Below are positions 60,774 through 64,000 of a DNA stretch of 64,000 bases, in pieces. Within the stretch, counting starts at the first letter, position 1; the number at the start of each line of letters is the position of its first letter. The notes beneath the pieces are model-generated. The model ran no database searches. It saw nothing but the letters and a program-made list of their open reading frames with translations, and was not told where the DNA came from. The position numbers and the translations under genes were made by a program. Source of the DNA: Macrostomum lignano (lineage: Eukaryota); contig NIVC01000131.1 in the NCBI GenBank assembly GCA_002269645.1, forward strand, positions 186,001 through 250,000. The letters run 5' to 3'.

Positions 60774-61561
60774 CTTTTTTTAATTGGAGCACATGAATTG
60801 TGGCCCTTATAATTCAATTCGGTTAGAAAGTCGCAAGTCGGTTAGAGTAAAAATTTATGACATAATCAATTTCTCAGTCAGCCAGTATCAGTCTTAATTG
60901 AAGTTAGCAATATGGTTACACAATTTTAATCAAGTCGGGTGTGCATTTCTTTGACACTGTTTTCAAATTGTTGTGATGCAATCTTTATCACAATTGGAAT
61001 TCAGCCAGTCAGTTTTTTCTCTAGCATTCTTACAATGCATTCCAGGTCGAAAGAGCTGCTTGACCTTTGCAAAAAGCATGTTTTTCGAATATTTAATCCC
61101 TTTAAAATTGAGCAATTTTTTAGCCAGGATGCATGTACCGTCCCAGGAAAATTTCTGATCAAATGGTGCAAGTTTGAAGAAAATCGGTTGAGCCATTTTT
61201 TCTGAAATCTATCGCATAGCTAGTTACAGACATTTCATTTTTAGTATATAGGATGTACTGTCTGGACTATATATAGAAATAAGCACTTCTCTGTTTTAAT
61301 TCAAGTAGGAACCCCTTGGCCTAGTACAAAATACATTATATATCCTTCAACCATTGCAAGTCATACCTGTCATATGCCTAAAAATTTATAAAACTGTTAT
61401 ATTTTCATACATAATCTTTTTATCATGCTTAGTAAAGTAGATGTAGACCTATATAAATAAGTATTAATTTATTAAAAATTAGTAAATAATAATAATAATT
61501 TTATAGTCTATAGATACACTCAGTTGTTTTAAGCATTCATGTGCAACTTTGAGAATCACCT

Positions 61562-61675
61562 AGCCATTTCAATTGGCAACATACACATGTAAGTCGCTAT
61601 TGGCTGAAAGCAGTCACGTGACTACTATTCCGTCCAATAGCGACTTACATGTGTTTGTTGCAAATAGAAATGGCT
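61562..61675. other. Long imperfect palindrome (~42-bp arms)
   Basis: AGCCATTTC...GCAACATACACATGTAAGTCGCTATTGG pairs with CCAATAGCGACTTACATGTGTTTGTTGC...GAAATGGCT. Confidence 0.85.
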
Positions 61676-61816
61676 GAGTGAATCCCAAGGTTGCGCCCAA
61701 GCATGGTTTTAAGCATTTATTAGGGTAGAATAGAAGGCTAATATAGGTTGTATTTATAAAAAAGCATAGCTTAGGCCCTAGGGCCTAGTAAATAATTTGT
61801 ATATTCTTTATTTGGC

Positions 61817-62197
61817 GATCTTTTGGTTTCCCACTCTAAATTATTTTAATGCTTTTTTCAAACTTTTCAGAGTTGCAGAAGCATAGAAGCAGAAGCATAT
61901 GTTCAGGTAAAGTTCAGGTAAGTTGCTGAAATGACATAGCAATGTCACAGGTCTCGCAATTCCTGCTATTGGTAAGCGGGTGGTGTCTCGCCATCCAATG
62001 CATTGCCTCGTCAACATTGGGCACCAATGCAACTAGTCCTCGATGATTAACATCAATGTCATACAGAACTATGCTTTTGAGGACTTCGGCGGCTGGGACA
62101 ATGGTCTGCGGTGCAGGAGGTCGACCAGCCATACTAGCAGTAGCTGAAAAGTTTGAAAAAAGCGTCAAAATAATTTAGAGTGGGAAAACGAAAGATC
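61817..62197 (-). mobile_element. 54-bp inverted arms enclosing a fragment resembling the N-terminus of a Merlin (IS1595/ISXO2-like) transposase
   Basis: Arms 61817-61870 and 62144-62197 (50/54 identical); ORF segment EAMHWMARHHPLTNSRNCETCDIAMSFQ has a CxxC...M pattern. Confidence 0.45.
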
Positions 62198-63278
62198 ACC
62201 CTTTATTCTTTTCTAGGAACTCTCATTCTATTCTTATTTGGCTCCCAGGGGGTGGGGGGGCACTGATGGCTAGTAAGATAATTGTAGACTGGATGTTGTA
62301 TCAGATTGACTGAGGCCGATGGGTTTGATTGAGACTTCTTATTAAATTTAAGTTTTTTCTTAAATTTAATAAGAAATTAAGAATTTAATAAAATTATTTA
62401 AAATCATAAAAAATTATTAGAAAGAGACGAGAGAGAGAATAAACGGATAAGCTAATAATGCAGATTAATTGTAGATAGACCTGGTTGTTCATTATCAGGT
62501 AAAGTTAGAAAAGCAACACTGGACCAAAGTGGTCAAAATAAGGTAAGCTGGCAAGCTATGAGTTAGACTTCGCGGATCAGTGTCTTAACTTAACTTTCAA
62601 CTAAAATTTCTTAGAAGAAGACACTTTAAAAGTTGTGTTTACATGATTAAACAAATTAAACAAATTATTTCTGATATTTGCATACTGTTCAATCCAGAAA
62701 ATGCTAAGTGAAATATTACCTAATAGTGATTAAAGTTCTGCTTTTTTCAGACGTTGTGTTCTATCAAAACTAATAATCGCTTTTTTAGCCGATGGAGGAG
62801 GAGAATCGCACTCACTGTATTGTTATTTTGTTATTCAGTAAGTTACCAAATAGCGCTCTAAAAGTTTAACTTCGGTTAGTAAAATTGGAACAAAAATGAA
62901 TTCGCTTGTGCAAACCAATGCTTATTCTCTACTGAAAGCATGTAGAATCATGCCTTTAGCTTCACGTACAAAGTGAGTCTGCATTTTGCTTAGGGGCCTA
63001 GGCCCTTATCTTATATCTTAGACCTTCAATGGGCTGGTTAGGCCTGTGCCTAACGGATGACATAGCCATTTGTATTTGTAGCTATTACATTTTTTAATTT
63101 TATTATTTACTGCGAGAGTCAAAAAATTATTATAGCATTGCCATGCCATTTATTCACATTGCCATTTAAAGTGTTGAATTTATTATTCATAATAAAATAG
63201 GCCTAGTAACATTTCACAATTTTATAGAGTTCCACTGTAGCTAAAGACATGGTCATGGGAAGTTATAGATAGCCTATA

Positions 63279-63445
63279 GAGGTTTTTGGCAAAGCATATG
63301 AATATAGATAAGATAGGCTTAGGTTATAAGATATAGTCATACATTTTGGTATCTAGTCGTCCGTGAGGTTTTTGGCAAAGCATATGAATATAGATAGGAT
63401 AGGCTTAGGTTATAAGATATAGTCATACATTTTGGTATCTAGTCA
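63279..63445. repeat. Two-copy direct repeat, period 86 bp
   Basis: GAGGTTTTTGGCAAAGCATATG... at 63279 and 63365. Confidence 0.9.
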
Positions 63446-64000
63446 ATCTAGGTATCAAGCAACAGGACAATCTAATTGATGATAGACAATTCAATGATAG
63501 TCAAAATGCCAACAATCAATTTGGCAATAAAGTGTAATAAAAAGCTATTACAATATATGTAAATTGGCTAGGCCTATTGTCATTTAAACAGATTAGAAAG
63601 CTTAAATAATATATAATATTTAGGCAATTGTCAAGTTCTATTTGTTAAATTATTTTGACTCTAGAAAAGTACTGTACAAACTATTTTAAGTACAAATAGC
63701 TATTTTTAAGAGACAAGCATTAGTTTCATGCTTCAAAACTTGTTAAAATATATCTGACACCAAAAAGCCGCAATAGCTTAGTCTATGGCCAAAACATTAA
63801 TATGTGAAATAGAAAAAAAATATTATTGTTTATAGTCAAACTGCCAATTAACAACAAAATTTTTATATATTACAGTATTGAGAAATCTATAATAGGATAT
63901 GCCCAAATGGTTTTATTAGGTTCAGTTAATGCTATAATTCCTCTAAGTAATTTTAAATAGGGCTTGTGAAGTCCCATGCATGGTGCATAGCATGGTGCAC

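Overview
Eukaryotic (animal) genomic DNA with GT-AG introns. GC-rich exons are separated by more than 35 unrelated mini- and microsatellite arrays, an architecture resembling the free-living flatworm Macrostomum lignano (inference, not verified). Supported genes: on the + strand, a p75NTR/NGFR-like TNF-receptor-family protein with four Cys-rich domains, a p75-type transmembrane helix and a death domain (exons 21314-31045; candidate leader exon at 8004-8069). On the - strand, a co-oriented cluster: CPSF3/CPSF73 (3 exons, 692 aa), DESI2/PPPDE peptidase (2 exons, 186 aa), a DUF1294/YsdA-like membrane protein exon and possibly a 74-aa membrane peptide. From about 52 kb the sequence turns AT-rich and holds transposon remnants: a Helitron fragment, two decayed mariners that are almost free of CpG, and a possible Merlin fragment between inverted arms. 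Most long ORFs in the supplied track are translations of tandem repeats. All splice sites, counts and family calls were made by eye, with no database search.
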